Of a DNA stretch of 64,000 nucleotides, positions 18,525 to 27,161 are shown piece by piece. The stretch comes from a virus. Below the pieces are notes generated by a model that was not told the origin of the DNA, did not search any database, and saw nothing but the letters and a program-made list of their open reading frames with translations. The stretch lies in IMG/VR virus record IMGVR_UViG_3300045119_000370, positions 1 to 64,000 of that record. One strand, given 5' to 3'. Position 1 is the stretch's first letter, and each line of letters begins with the position of its first letter. The translations under genes were made by a program, and so were the position numbers.

Positions 18525-19324
18525 ACTTGTCGATCTTGCAGCGCGCCGGCACCCCGTACTTCTCGCCCTACCCGCACATCGTCATCGAGAACTGCCTGCC
18601 CGACGAGCTATACGACGAATTGGAAGCGACGCGGCCGAGCGACGAGTATCTGGTCAATGGTCGACCGTTTAGCTCGAACATGCGGATGGACCTGCACGCG
18701 CGCGAACTCTTGTTAAAGATGAAGGTGCGCGATCTGACCAACCAGAAACCGTTCGGAATCTGGCGCGAGTTCATCGAGTACCACGTGTCGAACGCGTTCT
18801 GGCAGGAGGTCATCAAGGTCTTCGATGCCGAGCTTGGTCCGGGCAGCGCCATGGCTGGTTGGATGCTGAACTTTACTGGACAGCCGTTGTCCCTCATACC
18901 GACGATCATTCGCACCGAGCCGCCGTCGAAGAAGGCGATCTCGATGGACGTCAACGTCGGTGTCAACACGCCGGTCGTCGGCCCGGCCACCAGTGTGCGC
19001 GGCCCGCACGTCGACAACCCCATCGAGGTGTTCGCGGCGATGCTCTACATGCCGCCCAAGGACGCGCCCGACGAGGGCGGCGACTTCGTCATCTACGAGA
19101 AGAGCCGGACGGTGCGCTTCGAGGGCAAGGCCGAGGTCCGCGCCACCGACGTGAGATCGTTGGTCGAGCATGCCCGTATTAAGTACAAGCGAAATACTAT
19201 GGTGGCCTTCCTGAACTCGGTTCACGCGATCCACGGTGTGACGCCGCGTTTAAGTCGCGATTTCCGCCGGCTGGTCAATTTCATCGTCGAATTGCCCTTT
19301 GCACAGTTCGAGTTGCCACGCTGA
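18521..19324 (+). CDS. 2OG-Fe(II) oxygenase
   Basis: PYPHIVIEN, GPHVD (HxD), GGDF, NTMVAF, IHGV, distal R. Confidence 0.85.
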   Translation: MNLSILQRAGTPYFSPYPHIVIENCLPDELYDELEATRPSDEYLVNGRPFSSNMRMDLHARELLLKMKVRDLTNQKPFGIWREFIEYHVSNAFWQEVIKVFDAELGPGSAMAGWMLNFTGQPLSLIPTIIRTEPPSKKAISMDVNVGVNTPVVGPATSVRGPHVDNPIEVFAAMLYMPPKDAPDEGGDFVIYEKSRTVRFEGKAEVRATDVRSLVEHARIKYKRNTMVAFLNSVHAIHGVTPRLSRDFRRLVNFIVELPFAQFELPR

Positions 19325-20163
19325 TGGGCGTCGGTGACGAACTCATGGCGATGGGTGACGCGGCCCGCTTGCGCGGCGGCCGCGAGATCAAGGTCGCCAT
19401 CGGCGACGGCCGCTCGCCCTACACATCGCCGCTGCACCAGAACGTGCCATGGCTGTGGAAGTCCGGCGAGCGCATCCCGGCCGACGCGCACTGGATCATC
19501 AGCCACCCCGGCAACCGGCCCTATTGCGATTACGACCGCATGATCCGCGAGGCGCGCGAGCGCTTCGGCTGGAAAGGAGGAATAGACGGCAAACAGGCGT
19601 TTCAACTCCTTAAGCGCAAATACTGGCGGCAGAGCTACCACGCGACGCCGGCACCGGTTGCCTTGACCGACTGGGAGTGCGCCATGGGTCGCCTCCTGAT
19701 CAACCAACTTGAGGGGACGCTCGTCCTGATCGAGCCGAACATCAAGCCGGGTGCACCCGAGAATAAGCGGTGGCCGTTCGCCCGCTACCAACAGGTGGTA
19801 AACGCGTACAAGGACCGCTGCACCTTCGTCCAATTCGGGCGGCCGCTGCTCGATGGTGCCGTTGCATTGGCCGCGCAGCCCGTCAGGATCGCGCTGGGGC
19901 TGCTCATGGCGGTCGACGCCTATGTCGGCACCGAGGGCTTTCTGCACCACGCTGCGGCCGCTCTGGGCAAGCCTGCCGTGGTGATCTTCGGCGGCTACAT
20001 CAACCCGAAGGTCACCGGATACGCCAGCCACCAGAACTTGTGGGTGGAATGCGAGGACGAGGGATGCCCCGGGCCGACGCCGGCCGGCGAGGCGGCGCTG
20101 GCGGCGATCACCGTCAAGCAGGTGGTCGCGGCGCTCGATCTGGCGCTTGATGGGAGGGAATGA
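19324..20163 (+). CDS. GT-B glycosyltransferase family 9 (heptosyltransferase-like)
   Basis: MGVGDELM, NKRWP, VQFG, EGFLHHAAAALGKPAVVIFGG. Confidence 0.8.
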   Translation: MGVGDELMAMGDAARLRGGREIKVAIGDGRSPYTSPLHQNVPWLWKSGERIPADAHWIISHPGNRPYCDYDRMIREARERFGWKGGIDGKQAFQLLKRKYWRQSYHATPAPVALTDWECAMGRLLINQLEGTLVLIEPNIKPGAPENKRWPFARYQQVVNAYKDRCTFVQFGRPLLDGAVALAAQPVRIALGLLMAVDAYVGTEGFLHHAAAALGKPAVVIFGGYINPKVTGYASHQNLWVECEDEGCPGPTPAGEAALAAITVKQVVAALDLALDGRE

Positions 20164-20450
20164 TGAAAAAGCCGCGATTTGATTTAGCCAAGCTTCAGCC
20201 GCGACAGTATGTTCAGCCGCGCATTCTCGATTTTGACGATGATGATGCGGAAACCGAGCCGGAAACCGAGCCTAAGAAATTCGAGAATATAGCGGTCCCT
20301 TTTTGTCACACAGAAGATGGTCGGTGTTATTTGACCGAGCGACAGCTATCGGAAAATCCTTACTTACGGGACTTCGTCGACCGCTTTCGTGATTGCTTTA
20401 CCTTCGATATGAGGAGCTACACTTACTGGTTTGAGGAAAAGAAACCGTAA
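20160..20450 (+). CDS. Hypothetical protein (more AT-rich)
   Basis: GGGAGG RBS; acidic stretch with tandem GGAAACCGAGCC. Confidence 0.5.
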   Translation: MMKKPRFDLAKLQPRQYVQPRILDFDDDDAETEPETEPKKFENIAVPFCHTEDGRCYLTERQLSENPYLRDFVDRFRDCFTFDMRSYTYWFEEKKP

Positions 20451-20476
20451 ACGGCTGACCGACGAGGGAGAATCAC

Positions 20477-21178
20477 GTGCAGGAAGTTAAGGGCATCTGG
20501 CTACCCGACGACGAAGTCCACTTCGTCAAGATGGTCAAGGAAGGCCCCGAGTTCGCCGGCAAGGGCACCTATCAGTTGCGTAAGATCGAGGCCGTCATCC
20601 CCTACGTTAGGAACTTTCGCCATGCCGTCGACGTCGGCGCGCATAGCGGCATGTGGGCGCGCGTGCTCCTTCACTACTTCAGCAAGCTTACTGCGTTCGA
20701 ACCGATGCCGGCGCACATCGAGTGCTTCTTTCGCAACGTCGTCATGGGCGATCACGTCAAGCTTCACGAGGTGGCGCTGGGCGACAAGACCGGCATGGTG
20801 ACCTTTCACACTGCACGCGGTTCGACCGGCAACACACGTGTTCAAGACGACGGCGAGCGCACAGCCCAGCCTTACGCCAAAGAGGCGGTGATCTTCGAGA
20901 ACCCCGGCGAAGCCATGATGATGCGGCTCGATGATTGCGTGCTCGTCGACCCGGTCGTCGACCTCATCAAGGTCGACTGCGAGGGCTACGAGTATTTTGT
21001 GCTCAAGGGCGGCGAGGAGACCATCAAGCGAACGCACCCGGTGATCATCGTCGAACAGAAAGTGGGCAAGGGCGCACAGTACGGCATCGACGATCTGGCC
21101 GCGTGCACGCTCCTCGAATCGTGGGGGATGAAGCGTAAGAAGGTCATTTCGGGCGACTACATCTACACTTGGAAATGA
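20477..21178 (+). CDS. FkbM-family methyltransferase
   Basis: VDVGAHSG, AFEP, VALGD, RLDD, LIKVDCEGYE..VLKG. Confidence 0.9.
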   Translation: MQEVKGIWLPDDEVHFVKMVKEGPEFAGKGTYQLRKIEAVIPYVRNFRHAVDVGAHSGMWARVLLHYFSKLTAFEPMPAHIECFFRNVVMGDHVKLHEVALGDKTGMVTFHTARGSTGNTRVQDDGERTAQPYAKEAVIFENPGEAMMMRLDDCVLVDPVVDLIKVDCEGYEYFVLKGGEETIKRTHPVIIVEQKVGKGAQYGIDDLAACTLLESWGMKRKKVISGDYIYTWK

Positions 21179-22005
21179 GCACGAACCGCACTGTCTGGAT
21201 GTGCATCTCGCCCAACCGTGTCGAGAAGAGCGGCCGCGTCATGAAGGCGTTGGCCGCCGGTTGGCCGGGCGCGGTCGTGGTCACTGGCCCGCCGCCCGAG
21301 GACGGCAACTTGTTCGTCTGCTTCGGTCAGATATGGCTGGCGGAAGACCTGATCAAGAAAGCCATCCCGCAGCGCCGGCCCTTCTTTCAGGTCGACAACG
21401 GCTTCTGGAAGCCGAGCCGAGGTCAGCCGCATGGCTACTACCGACTGATGTACTCGCGCCCCGATCCGGTGTTCGTCACCGATCTGACACTGCTCCAGCA
21501 GCGCATGCGTGATGGTGGCCCCGATCTCATCGTGCCCTACAAGCCCCTGCGGCAGGCCGGCGAGCACGTCCTCATAGCCATGCCCGGCGAGGAGTTCGGG
21601 CGCGCGCACGGCCTCGACATGCGACCGTGGATGAAGACCATCGTCGAGCGGGTCAGGACGGTCACCAAGCGACGCGTCATCGTGCGTGACCGCATGGCAA
21701 CCAGTTCGCTGTCTTTCGATCTCAGGCATTGCTGGGCGATGGTGACGCACTCGTCGAATGTGGCGGTCGATGCGATCCTCGCCGGCATTCCGGTGTTCGT
21801 CGAGCCGACCTCGATGGCCGCGCCGGTCGGCAACCTGTCACTCGACAAGCTGGAAACCCCGACCTTCCCGGCGGGCGACCTGTTCTACACGTGGTGGACC
21901 AGCCTGATGTGCCAGCAGTTCACCTTCGCCGAGATGCGCAAGGGCGTCGCGCACCACTTCTTGTCGACGATCCATGGTATTGGACAGTCCGGGACTGTCC
22001 AATGA
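21175..22005 (+). CDS. GT-B protein resembling capsule-modification (KpsS/KpsC-like) glycosyltransferases
   Basis: VDNGF, VLIAMPG, VIVR, VTHSSNVAVDAILAGIPVFV. Confidence 0.65.
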   Translation: MSTNRTVWMCISPNRVEKSGRVMKALAAGWPGAVVVTGPPPEDGNLFVCFGQIWLAEDLIKKAIPQRRPFFQVDNGFWKPSRGQPHGYYRLMYSRPDPVFVTDLTLLQQRMRDGGPDLIVPYKPLRQAGEHVLIAMPGEEFGRAHGLDMRPWMKTIVERVRTVTKRRVIVRDRMATSSLSFDLRHCWAMVTHSSNVAVDAILAGIPVFVEPTSMAAPVGNLSLDKLETPTFPAGDLFYTWWTSLMCQQFTFAEMRKGVAHHFLSTIHGIGQSGTVQ

Positions 22006-22214
22006 GCGATCTCACCGAGGCTGACGTCGAGCGGATCAACGGCGTGCTCGACCGGCTCAAGTGCCGGTTCGGCTGCGACGCGCCGGTCGTCGGCCTCTTT
22101 CACATCCCGGAAGGCTGCTGGTGCTGGCCAGACCCGTTGCAAGCGTTGTGCGGTCAGCACGCGATCAAGACGCAGAGCTTGGGTCCGATCACATGCCTGT
22201 TCGAGCGGCTATGA
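22002..22214 (+). CDS. Small Cys-rich hypothetical protein
   Basis: ATGA overlap; C..C, CWC, LC..H. Confidence 0.5.
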   Translation: MSDLTEADVERINGVLDRLKCRFGCDAPVVGLFHIPEGCWCWPDPLQALCGQHAIKTQSLGPITCLFERL

Positions 22215-22540
22215 CCGACGAGGAGATCGTCGCGTTTGCCACCGACTTCCGCGAGGGCATCCTCGACGGTGACGATCCTCACGGTCGCTGCTTCATGGTG
22301 TGTGCGCCGATGGTGACGCTGCTTAATATGTACGGCGTCAAATGCGAGATGGTCGAAGGACCGGTCACGGTCAGCACCGACTTCGACAATCACGTCTGGC
22401 TGGAGTTGGACGACGGTCGCGTCCTCGACCCGACCGCCGATCAGTTCAATGGCTCGCAGCGTCGGGCGTTGCCACCGGTATATCTTGGTCCACCGACGGC
22501 GATCCACCGGTCGAAGGGAGTTTTTCGTCGTCGCCTGTAG
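22211..22540 (+). CDS. Transglutaminase/papain-like Cys-His-Asp protein
   Basis: GRC, VEG, HVWL, LDPTADQF. Confidence 0.6.
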   Translation: MTDEEIVAFATDFREGILDGDDPHGRCFMVCAPMVTLLNMYGVKCEMVEGPVTVSTDFDNHVWLELDDGRVLDPTADQFNGSQRRALPPVYLGPPTAIHRSKGVFRRRL

Positions 22541-22742
22541 CCTCTTCCTTGGTCGGGTCAGCGTGCACGAACGAAGGATCAGTATGGTGGCAAGCGCCGG
22601 CCGCGTCGCGGCCCGGCGTCGGGCTTAGGGTCATCGGCCCGTTCTCACAAGTGCAGTGATGCGTCGGATCGGGGACCGGGCAGTGCGCCAGCGCGGGGGA
22701 GAGCGCGGCGAGGGACAGGGCACAAGCGAAGATCAAACGCAT
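22446..22742 (-). CDS. Small secreted protein
   Basis: GGAGG RBS; signal peptide MRLIFACALSLAALSPALA. Confidence 0.5.
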   Translation of the reverse strand: MRLIFACALSLAALSPALAHCPVPDPTHHCTCENGPMTLSPTPGRDAAGACHHTDPSFVHADPTKEEATGDDEKLPSTGGSPSVDQDIPVATPDAASH

Positions 22743-22780
22743 GGTGGAGTGCCTCCGATTCTAGGGACACCCCACCCATA

Positions 22781-22948
22781 TCACTTTTGCGCGGCAACCC
22801 AAACCTTGGCGTCGGCCATCGTGGCGAAGACGCCGACCGGCTCGAAAACCCTGACGCCGAAGTTGGGGGACTTGTCCGCCCTGTGGACGAATGCAGGCTT
22901 CTCGTTCGCCTCGTAGAACTTCTTCTCGTCTTGCTTGATAACGAACAT
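22781..22948 (-). CDS. 55-aa hypothetical early protein
   Basis: AAGGAG RBS; manual translation MFVIKQDEKKFYEANEKPAF.. Confidence 0.5.
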   Translation of the reverse strand: MFVIKQDEKKFYEANEKPAFVHRADKSPNFGVRVFEPVGVFATMADAKVWVAAQK

Positions 22949-23079
22949 TGGTCACTCCTTGGTCCCCTTCTCGGCGACGAGCTTGCGCCACGCCGCCATG
23001 ACTTCATCACGTTGGTGCTTGGTCATGGTGCGTCCCATCATGAGGACTAGCGCCATCAGCTTTTCGGTCTCGGTCATGG

Positions 23080-23310
23080 TCAGTTCTCCAGATTGAAGAT
23101 GCTCGGCCGCGTCCACTCAGCCAGAAGCGTGCCCTTGTCGTTGTAGTTGGCGTAGTGGCGAAGCTCGACGCGCAGATTGAACGTGCCGCCCTGCGCGCCT
23201 GCGAACGCTTCCCGTGCTTGCTCCTCTGTGTCGAATTCCACACTGTGACCCGGACCATCAGTCCGGTTGACATACAGTCGATAGAGCGGAAAATACTCGT
23301 CGATTCCCAT
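23080..23310 (-). CDS. Hypothetical early protein
   Basis: AAGGGACCACGACCATG leader. Confidence 0.55.
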   Translation of the reverse strand: MGIDEYFPLYRLYVNRTDGPGHSVEFDTEEQAREAFAGAQGGTFNLRVELRHYANYNDKGTLLAEWTRPSIFNLEN

Positions 23311-23322
23311 GGTCGTGGTCCC

Positions 23323-23523
23323 TTACTTGGTAAGACCGCGCGCGTCCTTCTCTACAAAGCCGACGGCCTTGAGGAAGCGCACGGTGTCGAAGCGGTCGTT
23401 CTCTTTCTTGAACTCGTTGGCGAAGCCAGTGGCGAGCTTGGTCACAGTGGCGAGGTCCGCGCCGTTATCGTTGAGCGCGTCCTTGAGAACGCGGGCGACG
23501 AGTTCGAAGTGTTTCTTGGTCAT
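23323..23523 (-). CDS. Conserved small phage early protein
   Basis: MTKKHFELVA..F..EN.RFD..RFLKA; GAAGGGACCAAGACCATG leader. Confidence 0.7.
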   Translation of the reverse strand: MTKKHFELVARVLKDALNDNGADLATVTKLATGFANEFKKENDRFDTVRFLKAVGFVEKDARGLTK

Positions 23524-23542
23524 GGTCTTGGTCCCTTCCTTC

Positions 23543-23577
23543 TTTACATCATATAAACACTGCGCGCCGGATTTCAA
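23543..23577 (-). promoter_or_regulatory. Leftward sigma70-type promoter with overlapping 15-bp dyad
   Basis: TTGAAA..TATATGAT on the minus strand; TTTACATCATATAAA at 23543-23557. Confidence 0.65.
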
Positions 23578-23603
23578 GTGTTTGCCGGCGCGCGCCGGTC
23601 GCT

Positions 23604-23810
23604 TTAGTAAATGTTGACGACCTTGTGCCGATTGTAGGTCTCGTTGATCTTGATCTGCTTCTGGTCCTGCTTGCCGGTGCCTTTGCAGCTGAAGCACATG
23701 CCGCCGTGGCTCATCTTGCCGTTGACGCTGGTGCCCCACTGGTAGACCCCGGTCCCCTTGCACTTCTGGCAGACGCCGGGCTTGCTGTTGACTACTGCGA
23801 AGTCGGTCAT
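23604..23810 (-). CDS. Small DnaJ-type zinc-finger protein
   Basis: CQKCKGTG and CFSCKGTG repeats. Confidence 0.7.
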   Translation of the reverse strand: MTDFAVVNSKPGVCQKCKGTGVYQWGTSVNGKMSHGGMCFSCKGTGKQDQKQIKINETYNRHKVVNIY

Positions 23811-23916
23811 GGTCTTGGTCCCTTCGTTCTTCCTACGCACTAGAGGTAAGCGCTCTTTAGCTGATATCAAGTGCACTGACGCATGGCAGATATGAAATAA
23901 GTGTACGGTGTCCAGC

Positions 23917-23945
23917 TTGACAACAGACATAGGCCCCTCTATCTC
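23917..23945 (+). promoter_or_regulatory. Rightward sigma70-type promoter
   Basis: TTGACA-N17-TATCTC. Confidence 0.65.
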
Positions 23946-23949
23946 ATGG

Positions 23950-24345
23950 TCGTGGTCGTGAACTGAGAACGGGGTCCGGGAGAGCCGGTGAACCGGAAGC
24001 AGGGGCGGCCATGGAGTTCCGGCTTACCGGAGCGAGTTCCACGGGCCACTCTTATGACCGTGTGCCAGATGACGAGTCTGGTAATGTCCGAAGGCCAAGG
24101 GCAGCACGCGAGGGGTGAGAAAACTGGGAGGGCGGTTCTAGACCGCCGTCGAGACGGTCCCTCTGTCTCCGCTTCGGTAAGCCGGAACAGTGATCTCAGG
24201 TGAGCCGCTCACAATGGAGTACAGGCTCGACGATGCCGGCGGATTAGCTCTCGCATGTGTCCGCTCATGGGTGTCGGTGACCAGCGATGGCGAGTGCGAC
24301 GGTCACGAGGGCGGGATGCCCCGGCGGTTCGCCTGAGAACACTGA
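23950..24345 (+). ncRNA. Putative large structured non-coding RNA, family not recognised
   Basis: Long helices 24016-24034/24170-24188 and 24188-24208/24324-24344 with G-U pairs, internal hairpins, upstream promoter, no credible ORF. Confidence 0.6.
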
Positions 24346-24356
24346 AGGAGGGGACC

Positions 24357-24572
24357 ATGGACCGCGAGAAGATCGAGAAGGCGCTGGACGATGGCACGCT
24401 CGCTATCAAGGTCGGCCGCAATTGGGTGCCGGCACGGCGCGGCCTCGCCGCCACCATTGAATTGGCCGATGGCGATTGGTTGATAAGTGTGGTTGGTGGT
24501 CCCAGCCGCGCGCGAGGTTTCATCACCAACATCGAAAACAATCGCGACGGCCGCGATTTCGCATTCGTGTGA
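24357..24572 (+). CDS. Hypothetical protein
   Basis: AAGGAGG RBS; MDREKIEKALDDG.. Confidence 0.6.
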   Translation: MDREKIEKALDDGTLAIKVGRNWVPARRGLAATIELADGDWLISVVGGPSRARGFITNIENNRDGRDFAFV

Positions 24573-24657
24573 TCCATGCAAGCTTTTGGTCACTGTAGCC
24601 ACGTGTGCTGTCGGCAGGATAAGGTGTGCTGCGGCTGTTGTGGCAGGAGGATCGACC

Positions 24658-24864
24658 ATGGCGCTTTACTGGCACCCGACCGGCCCGCATATGGAGTGGA
24701 CCGAGGGCATACTGCGGATCAGCAACCTCAATCCCGAAGTCAAGACCCAGTGGACGATGACGCGCGGTCAGATGTTTGTGCTCGGTCTGCGTTGTGTGTT
24801 CGCTTCACTGGTCGGCTTGCGCAGCGCTAAGCCGCCGGTCAGTCCACAGGGTGTCAAGCCATGA
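24658..24864 (+). CDS. Hypothetical protein
   Basis: AGGAGG RBS. Confidence 0.5.
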   Translation: MALYWHPTGPHMEWTEGILRISNLNPEVKTQWTMTRGQMFVLGLRCVFASLVGLRSAKPPVSPQGVKP

Positions 24865-25061
24865 AGGTCGGTGAAGGTGTCGCAGTGCGTGAGATCACGC
24901 TGCCGAGCGGGCAGGAGCGTTGGATACCTGCGGTCGTGATCGCTGTCCACGACGAGCACAATTCCTTTTCCGTGGAGGCTTTCAGGGGTCGTGCCTTCGA
25001 CAAAGAAGGTCACACGCGCATGGTGCTGCGCTTCGCCGACAGAGACCGAGGCTGGCGCTAA
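24861..25061 (+). CDS. Small SH3-like hypothetical protein
   Basis: ATGA overlap; MKVGEGV.V..W.PA.V. Confidence 0.5.
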   Translation: MKVGEGVAVREITLPSGQERWIPAVVIAVHDEHNSFSVEAFRGRAFDKEGHTRMVLRFADRDRGWR

Positions 25062-25123
25062 TCGGTTGCCAAGGCTGGTAAATGGCGGCATAAAGGCGCG
25101 ACTCACTGAGGAGCGCGCCTCTG

Positions 25124-25708
25124 ATGGTTGCTCGAACTGCGCTGATACTTGGCCGGGCAGCGACCGTCTGGAACGAGATAGAAGCGGCGAGAAAGCTCGC
25201 CGTTTTCGACGTCATCATCGCCATCAACCGTATGGGACGCGACTTCAAAGAGCCGTTTCAGCACTGGGTTTCCTACCATCCCGATTTCTTTCCGCAATGG
25301 ACGCGCGAGCGTAAGGAACCATTACCAGACGGTTTGATGTACTGGTCCGGTATCTACAAGAACAACCGGATGGGCGACTCTAAGAGGATTAAACTACCGA
25401 TTCAGTACTGTAGGTTTTCAGGTGGTTCGTCAGGTATGCTGGCGATCAAGGTGGCCATTGATGGTCTCGGCCTCGAACGCATCGTTTTGGCCGGCATCCC
25501 GATGGACAACACGCCGCGTTACGATGACAAGGTAGCTTGGCGCGAGGCCGACGCTTACTGGATTGCTTGGATCAACGAGAAGCCTTGGATGGCTGGTCGA
25601 GTTCGTTCGATGTCAGGCAGGACCAGTAAGCTCTTGGGTACGCCCGATGCGGCTTGGCTCGGCGAGGAGAAGACCGATGCTGGCGAAGGTGTCACCGTTG
25701 CCGCGTGA
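25124..25708 (+). CDS. Maf/sialyltransferase-like (MptE/GT42-like fold) protein
   Basis: ALILG, VIIAIN, GGSSG..AI..A..LG..RIVLAGIPMD. Confidence 0.65.
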   Translation: MVARTALILGRAATVWNEIEAARKLAVFDVIIAINRMGRDFKEPFQHWVSYHPDFFPQWTRERKEPLPDGLMYWSGIYKNNRMGDSKRIKLPIQYCRFSGGSSGMLAIKVAIDGLGLERIVLAGIPMDNTPRYDDKVAWREADAYWIAWINEKPWMAGRVRSMSGRTSKLLGTPDAAWLGEEKTDAGEGVTVAA

Positions 25709-26747
25709 ACCAACGCTGCAAATGCAAGACGATCTGGAGGCGCATTTTCAACAGGCTTTCCAACGCTATGTTGGTGGTCTGCGCAACTCGCCCACGCTGG
25801 CGCGAGCGGCCACGCGCGCGCAGGACGGCGACGATGTCGATGCACTGATGGAGCAGTTTCAGCCGTACATCGAGCGGCTGGCCGAGGAGCGCCGCCGCAT
25901 GGCCGCGCACGTGATCGTCAACACACGCAAGGAATTGAGCCGCAAGCTCTTGGGCAAGGCGGACGGGGAAACCGACGGTGCTGGAGACTTGAACAGCACC
26001 GTCGGTTTATCGTTCGATCCCGAGCTTGCTGCCGCTGCATCGCTGATGGAGGGCCAAGACCTCGACTTCATCGTCGAGTTCACCGATGCACAGCGTGAGG
26101 CCGTGCGCACGGCCCTGACCAGAGCGTTGCAGACTGGCAAGGGCACGGCGGCTACGGCGCGCTCGTTCCGTAATTCGATTGGCCTGACATCGGCTCAGCA
26201 GAGCGCCGTCGACACTTACGAAGAGCTTCTCCAGAGTAACAGCGCGGAAGCGCTCGACCGCATCTTGCGTGACAGCCGCTACGACGCCGGCTTGACGACG
26301 GCAATCGCTGCCGGCGAGCCGCTGAGCGCCGGCCGTATCGCTACCATGGTCGACAGCTACGCTTCGCGTTATCTGGCCATGCGAGCCGAGACCATCGCTC
26401 GTACCGAGACCACGCGTGTTCTGAACATGGCGCGACAGGAGACCACCATGCAAGTGGTCGACGATGTCGGCATCCCGGCGGACGAGGTCGTGCGCACTTG
26501 GACCGCCACCAATGACAAACGCACACGTGATACGCACGCCGCCATGGATGGGCAGGAACGTGGCTTAAACGAGCCATTTGATAGCCCGTCCGGCGCGCAA
26601 TTGATGTACCCGGGCGACCCGGATGCTCCCGCCGAAGAGGTCATAAACTGCCGTTGTGCTGTGTTGATTTCGTTCAAATCGACGGCCCCGACGGCCGATG
26701 AGACGGCGGCGGCGGTGGACGAAGTGGTGGCTGATGAAGGTGGATGA
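25698..26747 (+). CDS. Phage MuF-like minor head protein
   Basis: RAETIARTE, RTW.AT.D.RTR.TH..MDGQ, L.YPGDP..PAEEVINCRC. Confidence 0.9.
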   Translation: MPREPTLQMQDDLEAHFQQAFQRYVGGLRNSPTLARAATRAQDGDDVDALMEQFQPYIERLAEERRRMAAHVIVNTRKELSRKLLGKADGETDGAGDLNSTVGLSFDPELAAAASLMEGQDLDFIVEFTDAQREAVRTALTRALQTGKGTAATARSFRNSIGLTSAQQSAVDTYEELLQSNSAEALDRILRDSRYDAGLTTAIAAGEPLSAGRIATMVDSYASRYLAMRAETIARTETTRVLNMARQETTMQVVDDVGIPADEVVRTWTATNDKRTRDTHAAMDGQERGLNEPFDSPSGAQLMYPGDPDAPAEEVINCRCAVLISFKSTAPTADETAAAVDEVVADEGG

Positions 26748-27099
26748 GGAGGAGCATCGGGCGCGTGTCGTCTACACCGAGGCGGTGCTGGCCAAGATTC
26801 CCTTGTTGGTCATGGATGGCTGGAGCCTCGACGCGATTGCCGCGTATATCGGGACCAGTGAGGGGAGCTTGCTGGCGACGTGTTCACGGCTGGGAATCAG
26901 CTTGAAAGGTGCCAAGAAACCGAAGGGTAAGCGGGTTACGGACGAATATGTGGTCCGTTTGCCTAAGCCATTGTCGGAAAAGCTGGAAAGCCGGGCGCTC
27001 GACCTCTCGATGACCACCGAACATCTGGTTGTGGTGCTGCTTAGCCAGATCGTGGCTGACAATTTGATCGAGGCCGTGCTCGATTTCGACGCCGATTAG
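26734..27099 (+). CDS. HTH (GcrA-like) plus ribbon-helix-like DNA-binding protein
   Basis: GWSLDAIAAYIGTSEGSL..CSRLGISL; C-terminal VVRLP..L.EKL..RA. Confidence 0.55.
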   Translation: MKVDEEEHRARVVYTEAVLAKIPLLVMDGWSLDAIAAYIGTSEGSLLATCSRLGISLKGAKKPKGKRVTDEYVVRLPKPLSEKLESRALDLSMTTEHLVVVLLSQIVADNLIEAVLDFDAD

Positions 27100-27161
27100 A
27101 CCGGCTCGGAAAACTTAAACAACCACGCATTGGCACTGCTCGTGGGCCGGATTATGGCTAC

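Noticed and set aside
23980-24005. SRP RNA-like GGAAGCAG sequence
   Set aside because: Lacks the full SRP domain IV context; left as part of the unassigned structured region
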